Positions 62,136 through 64,000 of a stretch of 64,000 nucleotides of DNA are shown one piece after another. Under the pieces are notes generated by a model. That model was not told the origin of the DNA and made no database searches. It worked only from the letters and a program-made list of their open reading frames with translations. The translations under genes were made by a program, and so were the position numbers. Origin of the DNA: Felis catus (Eukaryota); NCBI RefSeq assembly GCF_018350175.1, contig NC_058383.1:18974001-19038000 (forward strand), read 5' to 3'. The first letter of the stretch is position 1. Every line of letters starts with the position of its first letter.

Positions 62136-62961
62136 AGGTTTTGTTCAGTTTGTAATTGTAATCTGTAAATGAGTTACAATATCCCACGAGGGGGGATTTA
62201 TATAATTTATGATGTATCCAGCCATTGCTGGACTTTAATGTTGCCTGCATTTGAAAAAAATCACCATAGATCATTCTGAAATGCACGTATGCACTTAGCT
62301 TTATCCTTTTAGGTGATTTTCTTAAAGTGGGATTAAAGGTTAAAGGTTAGGGATAATGTGTGGTTCTAGGAAATTCTAATAATATTTCTTTCGAAAGTAA
62401 CTGCATGCCCGTGACTCTTTGGTGTGCTGTTTTTTACCAGTCTTATCAGCATTACGTCGTATCTATAAAGAGTTTTCTCTTTTGCTAATTTGAAAAGGGC
62501 AGATGGTCCTTGAACCAGGTTTTTGATTGGCACGCGGAGGGGAGGAAGCAGGAGAGCCTGGCGTGACCGGTTGAGTGTTGGAAGGCGGGTGGAGAGAAAC
62601 GTTGGCTTGGTTGGAGCGGGAGGAGTGAGGTGAACAATCCCGAGTAGTTTGAATGACATGCCAAGGAGGCTGCCGTGGAATTTTTGGAGCTGAGAAGCGA
62701 TCGCACCCAGAGGTGCCAGCGACTAAGGACAGGAGGAACTGGAGGTGGCGCTCCCGGCGTGAGGTCAGGAGCTGCGACGTGGCACAGAGGAGCGTGCCTC
62801 GTTGCTGGGCGCCGTCCCCGGAAACTTCTTGGACACAGAGCCTGAGTTATGTGGAACGACAGCCCGGCAGCAGATCTGGCTTGTGACTGCCTCGTCAGGG
62901 TTCTTCGAATCGCAGCCTCGCGGGAGAGCTAGTGAACCGACACGTTCTCTTCTGTCTCCAG

Positions 62962-63108
62962 GTCCAAGACAAGTTGCTGCTATCTGCGTGCCACTTACTG
63001 GTCTCACTGGCCACCACCGTGCGGCCTGTCTTTCTGATCAGCATCCCCGCGGTGCAGAAAGTGTTCAACAGAATCACCGATGCCTCTGCTCAGCGACTCG
63101 TCGATAAG
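62962..63108 (+). CDS. XPO6: XPO6 exon 16 (VQDKLLLSACHLL...AQRLVDK)
   Basis: ctccag|GTC; AAG|gtgagc; 147 nt. Confidence 0.96.
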
Positions 63109-64000
63109 GTGAGCCCCCAGGGCCATGCTGCATGGGCCCTGGAGCCGTGAGGCTGAGCAAGAGGAGTCTGGCCTTTCTTTCGCACTCAGAGCTTACGGGC
63201 TGTGCCGCCAGAGACGGTTTCCTCCCAGGTGGCACTTAGGGCAGCCTCCGTGCTCTGTCGTCAGGCGTCAGGCCCTTCCCGACGCAGTCGGGCGGTGTGC
63301 AGATTAGGATGTAAAAGACCCTCCCGATAGGTGCTGAGGTGGCGCTGCTTTGAGAGCCAGCGATTTGGCTGGTGTCAGCGTCTTCTTTTGGTTTAAAACA
63401 GTCCGTTGTTACGTTTGTTTTCTTAGGGTTGAAAAGCTCCAGATAAGGATTTTCACAAAATCCTTCAGGAGGCTCAGGCTGGAAGTTTAAAAACCAGCAA
63501 GACACAGGTGGTGTCCGCGGGGAGTCGGAGCAGTTACTTGGGAGCACCCGGGGTGGCAGAGTATTGCTTTGGACCTGGCGTCAAAGGCACATTGATCGTA
63601 AGAGGTTCTCCGGCAGCCTCTCTCTCTCTCTCTCAGCCCTGTTCTCAGCGGCTCCTCCGAGGGTGCTGGGAGCCCGCAGCTAAGGGACTGGTTAGACCGA
63701 GCGTCTGCAGTGACTGTGACTCCCCCGCCCTGTAATGCTGCAGGTACCAGAGTAGAGAGGCAGTGACAGCACCGGGAAATGACATTCCAGGACGGGGCCT
63801 GGAACGCGCTGGACCGAGGCGTGGTGTTTTTGCTTCACTTTCACTTTCCTCCCTGCCTTACCTTAGATTTGGACCGAAGCCTTAGGCCCCAGCCTGTGAG
63901 AAAGGAGCCCGGAGGCCTGAGCTCCGCGTGTGCCCCGGGTGCCCAGGCTGCGTCCGGTGCCGCGGCTGTTGCTCTTAACCCTCTGATGGATACCTGGGGC

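Larger units (their letters stand above)
5267..63108 (+). other. XPO6: Exportin-6 gene body, partial (15 coding exons, about codons 2-717)
   Basis: Exon lengths 91,113,198,160,78,454,127,110,109,93,70,160,93,145,147 sum to 2148 nt (716 codons) with compatible phases and no stop. The translation matches recalled mammalian exportin-6. Confidence 0.97.

Noticed and set aside
1..64000. Prokaryote-type systems (CRISPR, operons), NUMT, coding ERV or protein-coding retrogene
   Set aside because: None recognised; the sequence is explained by XPO6 exons, introns and mammalian repeats. A very diverged insert could be missed without a BLAST search.

Overview
Mammalian genomic DNA, most likely from a cat or other felid, judged from abundant CAN-SINE/SINEC_Fc elements including near-consensus young copies. 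The whole window lies inside one + strand gene, exportin-6 (XPO6). Fifteen consecutive coding exons were located by hand, all bounded by AG/GT. They splice in frame with no stops and give about codons 2-717 (ASEEASLRALES...ASAQRLVDK). The ATG-bearing first exon and the 3' exons lie outside the window, so exon numbers 2-16 are inferred. Introns hold about 31 carnivore SINEs (about 24 antisense, 7 sense), L1/L2/MIR fragments, DNA transposon fossils, one MaLR LTR and a 3'-truncated U2 snRNA retrocopy with target-site duplications (TSDs). I found no new gene system, and most of the ORF track is spurious. The best leads are at the RNA level: a 147-bp near-perfect inverted SINE pair bracketing the in-frame exon 6, candidate uORF/poison cassette exons in introns 1 and 7, a very weak exon 15 donor next to a SINE, and a triple SINE insertion at one site. 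Gene and repeat family names come from recall, not database searches, and repeat boundaries are approximate.
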